From: Lama glama
Taxonomy: Eukaryota
NCBI GenBank assembly: GCA_028534125.1
Contig: CM052817.1
Location: 95,916,001-95,980,000, forward strand
Length of the DNA: 64,000 bases
Reading direction: 5' to 3'
Shown here: positions 48,846 to 62,484 of the stretch, piece by piece
Layout of the letters: each line of letters starts with the position of its first letter
Position numbering within the stretch: the stretch's first letter is position 1
Program-made: the position numbers and the translations under genes
The notes under the pieces: model-generated
Seen by the model: only the letters and a program-made list of their open reading frames with translations
What the model was told of the DNA's origin: nothing
Databases searched by the model: none

Positions 48846-51800
48846 AGATTGAAAAGCTGCCAACAAAATTCAAAACTCATAGGTGTATGTGCCAGTATCC
48901 CAAGTAAGCGTGTGACTAATATAACACCAAGTCATCAAAACTGAATTTTAAAGAAAGGATAGGGGAAGGGGTTGTTGAAACCAAAAATCCCTGTTCACGA
49001 GTACCAATCAGTGCTCTGTTCTTAAAGCATCTGTGCCAGGACTAGTGGAAAACAGGACACAGAACGTGTTTTAGGGGTGAAAAAAACAGCTTTGGAAGCA
49101 GTACTTTGGGAGGCGTGATCAAATGATGAAAACGAAGATTAGGATTTGAGTCTGCCATTTTGCTTTTAAGTATGAAGGGATGCTTCCTTATGCCAAAGAA
49201 GGGCAAGGAATGCACTTTTTTAATCAACAGTTTATCAGAGATATTACCTGTCTAGCCATAGAGAAGATTGTAATAACATATTTGCCCAGAATGTCTTTAG
49301 TGTTCCCCTTTTACTTTCTCTCACTTTCTTCCCCCTCCCTCCCTCTTTCTCTTCCTCTCTTTTCCCCTATGTCCCTCTGTCTTTGTTTCTCAGAACATTG
49401 GAGAATGATGAAAATATTCTGGTCTTCGATAAAAACATAATTCACAATCCAGCTCTGCTTTCCTAATCCACAGAAAACTGTGACTCACAGAGATAACCCA
49501 TCTTTCTTTTGACTGAACCACAGCTGCCTTGAAGGGCACCATCAAGCAAGATTACCAGGGCACCAAGGACAGCCGAGGCTGGAACGACTTCATGAATTTC
49601 CAGGGAAGAAATCAAATTACATCGTAAGGCTCTACCCACATTATAGAGAACACGAGAAAAGGAAAGGTGTTGGAGTAATTCCATCTTGCATAGATTTCAG
49701 GATCTGTCTGTTTTCTAGCCTAAAGATTTCTAGGAGATAAGAGTAAAATAAATGGGGTTTAGGCAACTCTAGAGAATACAGATTAAGACAGAGAAAATGC
49801 CAAACCAAATAAGCCTGAAGTCATTTAACAAAGCAGCGCCTGTTGATTGATTTATATTTGGCTTTGTAATGGGACTGCACACAGAGTCCACTGTGCCCAA
49901 CTTCCTGCACTTCACATTTTAGCTCCATCCTTGGCAACTAAAAGCCCAATGGGAAGGCTGATGATAGAAGATCAGATAATCTGCAAAGCAGATAATCTGC
50001 TTCTCACAATTGAGTATTAGGATGGCCTGGTAGGCCACCTGAGCCCCCATAATATACCCTTTCCAGGCCCACAAGCAGAGCCTCTTAGGTTATTGACCTG
50101 AGCCCAGAGGCATCGTAGAGGCTCACAATTAAAAGGCTTTGACCCAACTTCTGACCTCAATGTCCGCTTCCTGTGGAGAGAGTCTGAACTGGCCTAACAG
50201 AATTGCAGACTTAGGAATGCTGCCCAAATGACTTTCATTCTGCCTTCTAGTTCACAGAACCATTAGGATCCTATTTGTTCAAATACATGCTAGCACAACA
50301 GCTCAGAACAGTTCCTATTAGTCTTTGTTACAGAGGGCTTTGGTCTTCTCAACAATTACTTATCCTTTACTCCTATCAAAAGAGACAGCCTTTCCTTTAA
50401 CACATGTAAGATGTATTTGCAACTTCAGCTCTATGCTTAATCAGTCAATACCACATCTTTTATTGATGCAGATTTATCAGAAGCCTCGGCAAGATCACCA
50501 GTACAAACAGGTCTTTGAGAAACAAGACCTCCAATAAAAAAGTTCCTGATTACCTTAATATCGGAATTGCTGTTGCTGGTGGAATAAATGTGTGTTCAAA
50601 ACTAGGACAGCTGGTCCAAAATAAAACAAATATTTTGTCTCCTTTAACTGCCTGTGAAATTGCCTGAATAACTAAAAAAAATCAGAAAAGCGAGAAATAA
50701 GCTTCTTCAGAGATGAAAATCCTGATGTCGAGAACCTCTCAGGCAGAAGAAAAACTTGTAAATAGACAACGTTGATAACTAACAATTAAGTACTTTGTTC
50801 TGAATCACTGTATTCTTTCTGTTTTTAATTCTCTCCAAAGAAACATGGCAATAAGAGATGGCACTCTTTCACTGCGTATTTCTAGACCATCCCACCATTT
50901 GAGTATTGAGTCGGACATGTTACTCCCAGCTGAGAGATGTACACTTCCTGACAGCTGGAAGAACGGCCTCGGCTCTTGTCAGATTATCCAGTTCAGAGTT
51001 CATTCAGGGATTCATACTACGCAAATATCTGCTCGTCAAAGAACTATCTACGGCTGTGTATCGTTTACGGTGTGTGTGTACAAGAAAAGGAGGGAGTAAG
51101 CAAAAAAGAGCTAACTTCCTCTGTTTTACAAAGCAGTTGAGGAAAATTCGATATCCACTGGAAAGAGAACTAGCCAAAGGATGTAAGTTTCAGATACAAG
51201 TATATCGTCAAACAAAATATTACCTAAGCTTGGTGTACTCTGTTCGTTATAATTTCTACAGGTCAATTTACAGTCCTATCAAAAGCAGGCAAACAAAATC
51301 AACGACAATAATAAAAACCAGAAGAAAAAGATCCCCAGATCGTTTGGGCATACGTGAATTTTCAGACGACTCACATAGGATGTCTGAGTTAACCATGTAT
51401 ATTCACTTACCAAGTAAAAATGTGGTAGCAGGTTTGTGATATGTTAGCCGTACTTGCCAAAGGATGATTATGTAATTTCTGAATAAGCAGAGAGTTTTGC
51501 TCTATAAAAGTTACCTGCCTTAATGTGCATACCACTATATTCAGGTTAAGTGTTGTATTTTTTTTCAAACCAGACAGCTTCTGCTGGCACTTACTTTTCG
51601 TTTTAAAGCAATCCAATTCACAATATATACTTAGTTGTAATTCAACAAATTTTTTTGACCACCTACTGTATACAGGGCACTAAATCAGGTATTACTTAAG
51701 GGTACAAAGATAAACTGCGTCACAATTCAGAGTATAATAAATGTGACAGTCTTTTAAAAACTAACCCATTTGATTCTCATTTATAATTATTGTACCACTA

Positions 51801-52129
51801 CACAGAAATATGTAAAGTGGCACCTTTATATTATTACATCATACTTCTTTTTCCTACTTGCCCTTTTTTTAAAACAACATTTTAACACTCTATTTAGGGA
51901 CTAAAGTAATCACTATACTCACAAAAGCATGTAATTAGCTAGTACATTGTTCATCTCAATTCCCAGAATTTCAAAAACTAGATAAATTATACTAAATAGA
52001 TATAGATCTATGCATTTATTAAACTTACACAGTTTCAGAATCCCTAAGGTGTGAAGAAATGTTGGCCTTTGTTTTGGAGAACTTTTCCATTTACATCAAA
52101 TCACTCATTTATAATTGGAATTTTATCAG

Positions 52130-52269
52130 CAGGGACAGATCCAGGTTTTGTGGGACCTGAGGCCTATACAATTTGGGGGCCCCTTTTTAAGAAAGGAATG
52201 CAAAATTAGTTCCAGGGCAAGGGGCCCTAAAGTTTAAGCTTCATTAGCTTCTGAGCAAATCTGTCTCTG
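52130..52269. mobile_element. Short hAT-type MITE (family uncertain)
   Basis: TIRs cagggacagat / atctgtctctg. Imperfect 8-bp TSD tttatcag / gttttcag. Confidence 0.7.
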
Positions 52270-55120
52270 GTTTTCAGCCATCAGTAACGAGCGTTTATTA
52301 ATGACATGATGTAAAACAGAGCAACAAGTAGCTGAAACTTAAGTTGGGGCGGAAACATATTTCTCTGAAATTTAATTAGAGGAGCTATGTGGACTTTTGT
52401 GAAAATGAGCTCCTAAGGCACCCCCTCCCCCCGGCCCCGCGCCGCCCGCAACCCACCCTGACATTACCATGCACAGCAACACGAGGAGGCTCAAGGTTAA
52501 TCACTCATTTCCCCTTTCAATCTGTCTCAATTACTGTTATGGGATGCTGCAATTAGTCATTCTCATTCTCTCCAGGGAAAGGGAGAGATTGCAGATAAGT
52601 CATCCCAAATAGACTTCACAATTTGAATCCCTCTATCCCAAGAAAGAAAAATCTTCACTGGAGACAAGCGAGATTTGCTATCATCCGTCTGTGCTCCGTC
52701 AATGCCACTCTCTCCAGACAAAGAGAAGCCTGAAGTCCTCCGGGATGCCGGGCCTTCTCTTCCCTTTCCCTAAAGGAGCAAGTTCTGTTCTACCACACAT
52801 TCAGTCCAAGACAGCCGTAGGCAATTGTTCTTAAAACTACCCTTGGAAGGCCCTTTCCAGAAGCTAGCCCTAGAGACAGACAACCACGTCATCAATCACC
52901 TCGACAGCAGTTACACCTTTTTCTGTGTCTGCTCTCCACCTGTCATAAGAGGACTGCTTAGCCCTGGAGTCAACAATCTGCAAAACGAGATACGCAATAA
53001 CTCTTTAAGGAGCATGTACAGTATCAATAGTTCACAGAAGACTACATAGAAAATAATGATTTCTAAACTCGAAGTGATGCCTTCTATCATTAGAGAAGGC
53101 ATTTGATCTCCCTAAACTCAGGGGACAAGAAAAAATTCTAAACCAACAAAAGGCCTTGTTATAAAGGTTGCTTTTTCTCCCTGCAAAAAAAATCTAAGTA
53201 CTTTGGGTTCTGTTATCATGACATGGAGATTACACATATCATGGAACTACAGCAATGGTATAAAATGACACCTCTGAATGGATAAAGATTTCTAGCTCTG
53301 CTGGCATTTTGGTAATTGTTTGTTTTCCTCTAGAAGGACTACATTTGCTCAAGGACTGTGTAAAGTGGTCTATTTCTGATCAGGCTTTTCTTCTTTTGTG
53401 CTCTCACCAGACTTACACTATCACAGCACTTACATCATGCTGCAATTACTTTTTCTCATGACGGTTACACCCATAGAGTATAAACTCCTGGGACTGCGGT
53501 GCAGGGGAAGCACTGGGGCTGTTTTCATTTCTGTCTCCTTAATGATGAGTAGAGAATGCTGACACATAGTAGGCACTCAAATGAGCAGATTTAGTGAAGG
53601 AGAATCATGGAGTGGATACTATTAAATGGTGAGATTCAGGTATTTTAAAAATTGACATGGAATTGTGCTCTTTAAGTAAATGTGAATGGCAGGGAAGCAC
53701 CATGGCAACAGGAATCAACATGGAATCAACATGGCATTTTGAAAAACAAATAATGAAGCTACTCTATAAAGAGCTGGCACCAAAGATGTTCTCCATGGAA
53801 CCAAGCCATGCTAAGCATGGTGTGATTTTTTAACACACAGTAACTTCTCTTCCTAGAAAAACCTTTCAAAACCCAGAGATTAAAAATATTCCAGATGCAT
53901 TTAAAATTACATCATTTATATCAAATTTCCTGTAAGATTGACACCTTAAGTCCTGACTTTCCTTTTCATAACGCTCATATTTTTGCACATGAGAAAAATA
54001 CAAAACTCAGTCTACTTACAAAGCTCTTTTCTAATATGAGCTCAGGATATTTCAAGACAGAATTGCATCAGTCTTGATGGGATGGAAAGAGGAGGCTTAA
54101 ATCTAATCAATATCAGTGACACTTCCCTTGATATCTTCTAATCTCTTCTTGGTACCACCTCCTCTTCGCATGGCTCCATTTTCTTTCTGCAAGCAGGCCT
54201 TGGAAACAATTCAACGTTCAGTTTGTCTCCTTATGTAGTTTGTGTTCTCTCTCATCACACAATTTGAGTATTTTTATTACATTAGTGACCACTGTAGATT
54301 GTGCTTATAATCATGACTTCAGAATGAGTGGTAAACATGTAGACAAGATTAGTTGGCTCAAGCTGATTCTAGGAGACTAAGTGATTCTATAGTAATATTA
54401 TTTTACATAATATTTACATAATTATTATTTTGATCCAGGTACTGCTCCAAGTGCTTTGCATATTAAAAAAAAAACCTGTTTCTTTCAATTCCCTTATAAG
54501 ATAGATTCCAGTATTTCCCCTTTTATAGTTGAGACATCTGAAGCTCAGGCTAACTAACTGTTAGTCTCACTGAGATTCAGTCTCAGTCTGATTCCAGAAT
54601 CTGCTTTCTACAAATAATGGTGATCACACTGATGATAACAGAAAAGTAATAATGATGATGATGATAGCTAATACTTAGGTGCACTTATTAGGTGCCAGGC
54701 ATGTTCTAGGTACTGATACGTATTTATTCACACATTTAGGAATCAACACTAGACTGGAAGTTAAAAAGACCAGGATTCTGGTCCAAATCCTGGTGTTGAT
54801 TAACTCCAAAATTTTGAGGAAGTCACTTCAACCACTCTGGGTCTGATTTTCCACAGATACACATCGAAGGTATTGTACAGATGATCTCTGAGGTCTACCA
54901 TCATGTTTATAGTTGGCCCACTCAGAACAGGACAATAGAAGAGCCGTTGAGGTGAGGGGTAGAGGGGAAGAGGCAGGGGTACTAGAATGAAATTATATTC
55001 ATGTTCTCAAAAGAGTTGTATGCTGAGTCAAACAATATCAATGATTGAAGACCAGTAAAGATCTCACATGGTGCCCCCAAATGGTGGATTAACACAGAAA
55101 GCAAAATTAAATTTGGTAAT

Positions 55121-55484
55121 TGCTATGACTGAGGTGTGTTTTCCTCACCCAAACTTCATATGTGGAGGCTCTAACTCCCACTGAGACAGTATTTGATGAT
55201 AGAGTCTTTAGGAGGTAATTAAGATTAAATGAGGTCAGAGGAGTAGGGCCTTACTCAATAGAGCTGGTGCCTTACAACAAGAGGAAGAAAGACCAGAGAT
55301 CTCAACATCTCTCTCCACCACAGGAACACAGCAAGAAGGTGGCCATATACAAGCAAGAAATAGATCCTTCACCAGGAACTGAATCAGCACCTACATGTGA
55401 GACTTCCTAGCCACTGTGGGAAATAAATTTATGTTAAGCTGCCCAGTCTATGGTATTTTGTTAATTGCAGCCTGCGCACACTAA
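55121..55484 (+). mobile_element. Solo MaLR LTR (MLT1A-like)
   Basis: tgctatgactga...ttaagattaaatgaggtc...aataaattt...cccagtctatggtattttgtta. 5-bp TSD gtaat. Confidence 0.88.
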
Positions 55485-55489
55485 GTAAT

Positions 55490-56700
55490 TAAAAAAAAAT
55501 TCCTAGATGCTATAAAGGAAAAGACTGCTAAATTTAACAGCACATTAAACAAACAACAACTTTATATTAAAAAATATATAGTCCAAAGATAAAATAGAAA
55601 CATATTTGCCACACATGTAACAGCCATAGATTATTATTATGTGAATAGCTTATGAAATCAATGTAGATGACTAATGGTAAAACTGGTAAAAAGATATGAA
55701 CATTTTTGTATCTTTGGTGCCTAGCACTGTTCCTTGAGAGAAATTGATGGTAAAGAAACTAATGATGAATTGAACTAAATACATAAACTGTGTAATTTTA
55801 TTATTACTTATGTCAGTTTTTTTAAGCACATATAGATATATGAGTGTGTGTATGTATATATATGGTGATTTAGACAATAGGTTAATTTTACCAATTACAG
55901 AATTTTATAGAAATATAAAATCAGAATGTTGTATTAAAAAAGAAAAAGGTATGTAAAAGCCAGTGAACATTTTAAAAAGTGCTCAACCTCACTTGTAATT
56001 GACAATAAATAAGCAATGCCATAATAAATAATTGATAAATACACATCTAAACAAGATAATGTTTTCTTAATGAATTTACAGGTCGGTAATATTCACTATG
56101 GGTGAGGATGTGGGGAAAACTCTCAAATTGTTGAAAGGAGGATAAAATGGTAGAGCCTCTTAAGAGGGGAATGATCAAAATTAAAAATATAAAATACTTT
56201 TTGGGCCAGCAATTCTAGTTCTAGGAATTGTTGCTATTAATAGTGTCCAAAACCAACCAGCCAACCAATGAAACATCAAGATAAATGCACACTAATGTTC
56301 ATGACCAGTTATTTGTAACAGTAAGCAACTAAAAGCAACTTAAGATGTTCATTCATGGGGAATTAGTTAAATCCACTATGATATATTTTCTCAATGGACT
56401 CTTAAGCAGATGTTTAACAGAACAAAGGAAGACTGTTTTGAGTTAAGGGGGGGAAAAGAAAGCAAACCCCCTAGTTTTATACGATATAGTCCCATTTGTG
56501 TGAGGTTTGGAAGTACACACATATGCATGTGTGTGCACACACAGATATTATCCTGGCATTGTCATAAATATTTTTCTGGTAGAAAGCATGAGAAACATAA
56601 TATGGCTATCCATAAGGAGAGGTTGAGGAAGGATACTTTCATTCACCGTTAAATTTTGCGTGTGTGCCTGTAATATATATTTAAGAATATAATTCTTGAA
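55490..56700 (+). mobile_element. Ancient L1ME-like fragment
   Basis: aaaagtgctcaacctcacttgtaat, gtgaggatgtggggaaaac, cagcaattctagttctaggaatt. Confidence 0.7.
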
Positions 56701-57349
56701 AACAGAACATTTCTATAAGAAGTCTTTAAACTATGGGATTATCTTGAATCATTACTAAGGATCAACCACCCTTCCTGGAAAGACTCCCTCAGCGTGTTCA
56801 GCAATCAGGATGGTAAACAACTCAATTAAGCTAACGTTTCTTCCTTTCCTTAGCAATTTCTCTTTTACAAACCAACACCACCTTGAGTTTTCCCTGAGCT
56901 CTTGCCTCCTCTTTGGTTCCTCAGATGCAATCAGTGACCAAGTCCTGTTGATTCTCTCCCATTCCCCTGCTGCTACCCCGGTTCAAGGATTCATTCATTA
57001 TCTTTCCCCGGACAACGGTAGTAGCAGAAGGCGATGCAGTTACTGAATTCTGTCAGGTGGCGGGTACCTCGCGTGCTCTGCTCTTTAATCACAGGAGGTT
57101 GGTGTTAACATCTTTTTTTTTCAGACACACCCCATACGACTACACTTGAAAAGACGTGTAATCGGGTGGGTGAAAAGTAACAGCTCATTGTTTTGAATTA
57201 AATTTCTCTAACTCCTAAAGAGATTAAACATAGTTCCATTTACTTAATAGCCATTCCTATAATCTCCTGTGGCATTTCCTGCCAAGTTTTGCCCATTTTT
57301 TTAAATTAGGTACTTTGTTCCTTGTTTATTGATTATAAGAGTTTCTGAT

Positions 57350-57580
57350 GTATTTTTATCTTTCCCCTCAACTTTTGAAATAAAATTTCAAGCCTCCAGA
57401 AAAGTTTCCAAGAATAGTACAATGAACCTTCATATACCCTTCACTTCTACTCACCAACTACAAAAATCATTAATACTTCACCACCACTCACTCAAACCTC
57501 CACCCCCAAATCCTCTCTTTCTTACTTGCAGACTTTGAGACACTGTGACACTTCTCATCCAAATACTACAGTGTGTATTT
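57350..57580 (-). mobile_element. Old L1 3' fragment
   Basis: ttttgaaataaaatttcaag...aagaatagtacaatgaaccttcatatacccttcac. Confidence 0.6.
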
Positions 57581-57599
57581 TGTGCCTGTTAATACCTTC

Positions 57600-57990
57600 T
57601 GCTATCCTGACCCTTCAGAGATCCCTTCTCAAGCATAATGAATTCTCACCACTTCCTATATCACGCATTTATTGTTTCCTTTCCTTGGAACGTCTACATC
57701 TATCCACCCTGCAAGTCTCAACTCGGATGTTCCGTAAGCCAGGAAGCCTTCCCTTCTCAACTTCCCTTCTGTTGCCTGTGCCACTTCCATACAACTTACC
57801 GCTTTCTTCTTGGTACCACAGTTATTTATGTATATGTCTCACATCCTCAAATAGTCCATGAGCACTTGAGGACAAGAAGTGTGTCCAACAGCAATTTGCA
57901 TTTTCACAGAGCTTAGCATATAGCTCCTTGCAGACAGGAGACACTCAACAAACTTCTCCCAAATCAACCAGCAAAATCAATGAATAATGG
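57600..57990 (+). mobile_element. L2 3' fragment
   Basis: ccaggaagccttccc...agcacttgaggacaag...cactcaacaaac. Confidence 0.6.
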
Positions 57991-58632
57991 TGAGGGAATC
58001 AGATGGAGATCTGACTTTCTACAAATCGTAACTTTAGTAGGGATAAAATTGATGATAAAACAATAGCTCTTTCTTTTTCAAGATGAGGCACTTGACATAT
58101 ACTGCGGTGTTCAGTCCTCACATCGGCTTTATGAGGTAGACATTATTACCATATTACAAGAGGAAACGGAAGTGTAGAAAGATGGAGTAACGTGTCCAAG
58201 GTCACACACAGGTGAGGTGATGGCTCAGGATTTTTGTCTCATTCTTCTGTATTGTTTTTATTGCTCGCCTGACTTGTCATATGTGTTCAATAAATGTTTG
58301 AAAAATGACTTGTTTAAAATGGGGTGTTTCTTTGGGCCTGGCTGGGCTTTTATGAATGCAATGGCTAATGTGATTTAGCCAGAAAAACCCAAACAGATCA
58401 TTAAAGAAAAGTTGATGCTTTCTGTTATATACAAAAAGTGACATAATGATCTCTGGGACTCTATAAATTGGTTTGGCTTTTAACTTTTTGATTTATCATG
58501 AACAGTAGCAATATTTAGAGAGGCACATGCTTGAAACATGTGCAAAATTAAGGGGCTTTTTCTTTGGGGGGTTCTGGTGATGAGCTAAGTAATTTTAGCT
58601 CTGCTTTTATAATTGGCAATTCCACTTATAAA

Positions 58633-59132
58633 NNNNNNNNNNNNNNNNNNNNNNNNNNNNNNNNNNNNNNNNNNNNNNNNNNNNNNNNNNNNNNNNNNNN
58701 NNNNNNNNNNNNNNNNNNNNNNNNNNNNNNNNNNNNNNNNNNNNNNNNNNNNNNNNNNNNNNNNNNNNNNNNNNNNNNNNNNNNNNNNNNNNNNNNNNNN
58801 NNNNNNNNNNNNNNNNNNNNNNNNNNNNNNNNNNNNNNNNNNNNNNNNNNNNNNNNNNNNNNNNNNNNNNNNNNNNNNNNNNNNNNNNNNNNNNNNNNNN
58901 NNNNNNNNNNNNNNNNNNNNNNNNNNNNNNNNNNNNNNNNNNNNNNNNNNNNNNNNNNNNNNNNNNNNNNNNNNNNNNNNNNNNNNNNNNNNNNNNNNNN
59001 NNNNNNNNNNNNNNNNNNNNNNNNNNNNNNNNNNNNNNNNNNNNNNNNNNNNNNNNNNNNNNNNNNNNNNNNNNNNNNNNNNNNNNNNNNNNNNNNNNNN
59101 NNNNNNNNNNNNNNNNNNNNNNNNNNNNNNNN
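58633..59132. other. Assembly gap (500 N)
   Basis: Direct read. Confidence 1.
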
Positions 59133-59323
59133 TGAACCCTCAAACAACTGTGCTATAATTTTGACTTCTTCTAATCTGATGCCAATGTAACTGACAGGCT
59201 TTGTTCTTTAAGTGAAAAAGAGGGAAAAAGTTAGTGTGTAGAATAGCTGGTATCAAATTTTGTTTTCCTGAATTATACAGATGCTCTTCCAAACTACTGC
59301 TACATTTTAGAATATATACTCTT

Positions 59324-59510
59324 TTTAAAAATTGAAGTATAGTAGATTTACAGTGTTTCAGGTATACAATCAAGTGATTCAACTATATATATATATATAT
59401 ATATGTGTGTATATATATATATATATACATAAATCTATGCTTTTTCAGATTCTTTTCTATTATAAGTTATTACAAAATATTGAATATAGTTCCCTGTGCT
59501 CTACAGTTTT
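59324..59510 (-). mobile_element. L1 3' end with internal (TA)n and TSD
   Basis: aattgaagtatagtagatttacagtgtttcagg...gaatatagttccctgtgct. TSD gaatata(t/c)actctt at 59310-59323 and 59511-59524. Confidence 0.9.
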
Positions 59511-59699
59511 GAATATACACTCTTAACGAGCTTTGTTAACTCTTTTAAAAACAGTAGGTGATGCCAAGACAAGTAGGAGACCAACACCTCCAGGGAGAAC
59601 TTCCATCTCCTTGGTCTGGCCTCAATGTCTTCACGGCCGAGGTCAGGGGATTGCCTTCTAATATAGTGGCAGGGGGCAGGGAGCGGGAAAGTGAATGGC

Positions 59700-59930
59700 T
59701 GTTGTATGGATATAAACTCCAGATCTGGAATTAGGAAGCCTGGTGGGGTGGCCTCCCGGCTCTGAGACCCTGGGCAAAGCACTCACCTAGCTTTTATAAC
59801 CCTCAGAGTCCTCAGCTGTAAAATGCAGACAACCACTCCTCCCTGGGGCAGCTGTTAGGATGTGTGATTGTGGTTGTGAAAGCACTTACCACGGTTACCT
59901 AGCTTAAGAGATGCTCAATAAATGTTAGTG
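59700..59930 (+). mobile_element. MIR SINE
   Basis: gaccctgggcaa...cctcagctgtaaaatg...gatgctcaataaatgttag. Confidence 0.8.
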
Positions 59931-62147
59931 GAATGCAACCTATGGGGACTTAAAACATTTTTTTTTTTAGGGATAATGACAATGAAAAGTGTAACAGCAT
60001 ATGACGTTACTATCTGTTTGAATTTTAATCTTCTAGGAAAATTTGTTAAAGACATCCTAGATTCTGTTACTCAGAGGATGACATATTTACACCTACTCAG
60101 AGCAATCAGTTGATGTGGTATCCACTGAATGAGTAAGTGAATACATGACTGAAAGTGGGGGTGAGGGTTATAAACATACCCATTCACAAGAAACTGTGTT
60201 AAAGTTGACAAAAGGCGATTGCAACGTTTCATGGTTTCAATTACTGATAATATTGCTAAAGTTAGTGCTTATTAAGGGCTTAAAGTATGCTAGCTTTGGG
60301 GAGCTGTAGGGTAAGTATATAGAATTTGTAAAAGGAACTCATTTAAATCATAATCCTAGAACTCGGAAGGTTCTGAGGAGGAAGAGGCAAGAAAACATGA
60401 GACATTTACCCTGCAAACTTTATCGGTCATATTACTCGTAAGTTACTTAAATTTACTGAGTTTAAACTTGTCTGCATTGCAAGTCCTTTTTGCTTTTAAT
60501 TCTAACTTTAGATTTAGCAGACCTAAAGACAGAAAATTCAAAATGCAAAAGATAGAAATCATGGAAGTGGTTATATGGACAGAGAATATAAAAGCAAGAA
60601 GGTTTTTAGGAGAAACAAACGCTCAGAGCAACTTAAAAGGGTTAAAGACACAAACAAAGCTTGATCTGTTTTCATTAAAGAGACAGTCCGATACTGCGGC
60701 TAGACAGCGCAGTAGCATCCTACTAGTTAAATGCTGACGTGCTACAGAATTGAAATTTCTAATTCTTTTTTTGGTGGAGGTAGGATTGATTTATTTTTTA
60801 CATATACATACATATATATGTTTTTAATTGCTCCTTGACTTGCAAAGAAAATTTCTGCTTTCCTCAGAAAAGGACATGCAGACCATATAAACCCATGCCC
60901 TTGGTACAAGAGTTAGTACTTATCTTTTTTATTATATGCAATTCTCATACACATATTAATATACAGTATACCAGAGCTTTTCAATATTGTCCCCCCAAAC
61001 TTGAACACCGCAAATGTGTAAAGAGGAAAACAATGTTCAGGTATCCATTTGTGACTCTGCAAATCAATGTCTCTAAAAAGAGCAGTCTGGACTATGGGTT
61101 ATTCTTGTTACCAAAAAGAAAAACAGCCTGGGTGACCATCACTAAAGAAAAAAAGCGCAAAGTAAAAACCCTGCTAAAAGCAAACAGAATTCTTCAACTC
61201 TCTGACCTAATTCGGGTTGAGAAGTAAAGTGTACGTACTTCAGGCCCTCCGTTCAGAGCTCACCCAGATCTTTGGAGCTGGGAGCTGCATTTCACTGAGT
61301 AACTGGTCAGTTGTTAGAGGCTGAGCTACACAAAGGCAGGTGAAGTCTTTCCTTCTGAAAGTCAATGCATCTTCTCTACGGTCCCCAAACATCTCTAACT
61401 CTACTCAGGAACTGTCATGAAAGTTCTCATTATGTGCAGTACGTGTATTTAGAGTATCTTACCCTCACAGGGTGTACCATGCGGAGAAGGCTGGAAGGGG
61501 TCGTAAATTAGTGCCAGTTCACTCTGCCTCTGCCACGCAATCTGCTGTGAGAGAGAAAAATTCTTCTGCTACACATTAAGGCAAAAGCCCGCCGGCCCCT
61601 AAAAAATTAGCCTAAATGCTAATTGTGGTGATTTGAGAGACTCCCTATTTCACTACGTGTCTCAGAAATAAAAGGGATAAAGTTTGCTGCCATCAATAAT
61701 GCTGAACATATCTGCTGAACACCGCAGATTCCAAGAAATTAATAATTCAAAATATTGTGGGAATTTTGTCATGGTGGAGGTCCGACCTGCCTGTAAACAG
61801 AGCTCAGGGGATACGCGGTATGACCTAGTCCGGTATGTGCGCACAACTGCTGCGTTCGTCAAGACAAGGAGAACACAGGATTCTCCTGTATCTCTCCAAT
61901 TTCAGAAAATTTGGAATTTATATTAGAAAGGCGTTATGCATAACCTAATACATTCCCAATCTCTTGTGAAGAGTAATCATCATGATATGTCACTATATCT
62001 TATAGATCAAAGGGATTGGAAAATATATTTCCTCTCCTTCATCTCTAAAAATATAATGTCATAACTCAAAAAACATTGAGGTGGAATGGTCAGAGGCAGA
62101 AAATAGGAGAGAAAATATATTGGGCTGTCTCCCTACGGGGAGACAGA

Positions 62148-62300
62148 ATATGTGTGTGTGTGTGCATATGTGTACACATACATCCATGTGTGTATATGTA
62201 TATGCATATACATATGTGTACATATATACACATACACAATATTTATATATACTTGTGGTTTTATATTATATATATCTGTGTACATATGCACACACTCACA
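62148..62300. repeat. TG/TA/CA low-complexity tract
   Basis: Direct read. Explains the cluster of ORFs at 62076-62478. Confidence 0.85.
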
Positions 62301-62484
62301 TAACTATGATCCCAGATTAACTGAAAACCTGGAAATTGACAATGTCAGTTTTATCATTGACTGTTATCCCAGGGACAAACATCCAAGAAGCAAAAATACC
62401 CCACATTTCCCCCAAAAGGTACCTTTAGAGATGAGCCAGATCCTTGAGTCTTGTGGAAATATTTTAAACCATTCTTAATACAAA

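Noticed and set aside
50845..51439. Overlapping 84-aa and 177-aa + strand ORFs
   Set aside because: No recognisable homology, a non-ATG start for the longer one, and no supporting gene structure.
53711..53734. Short tandem duplication ggaatcaacat x2 (similar ones near 11670 and 12000)
   Set aside because: Ordinary slippage duplications with no array or spacer structure; nothing CRISPR-like.
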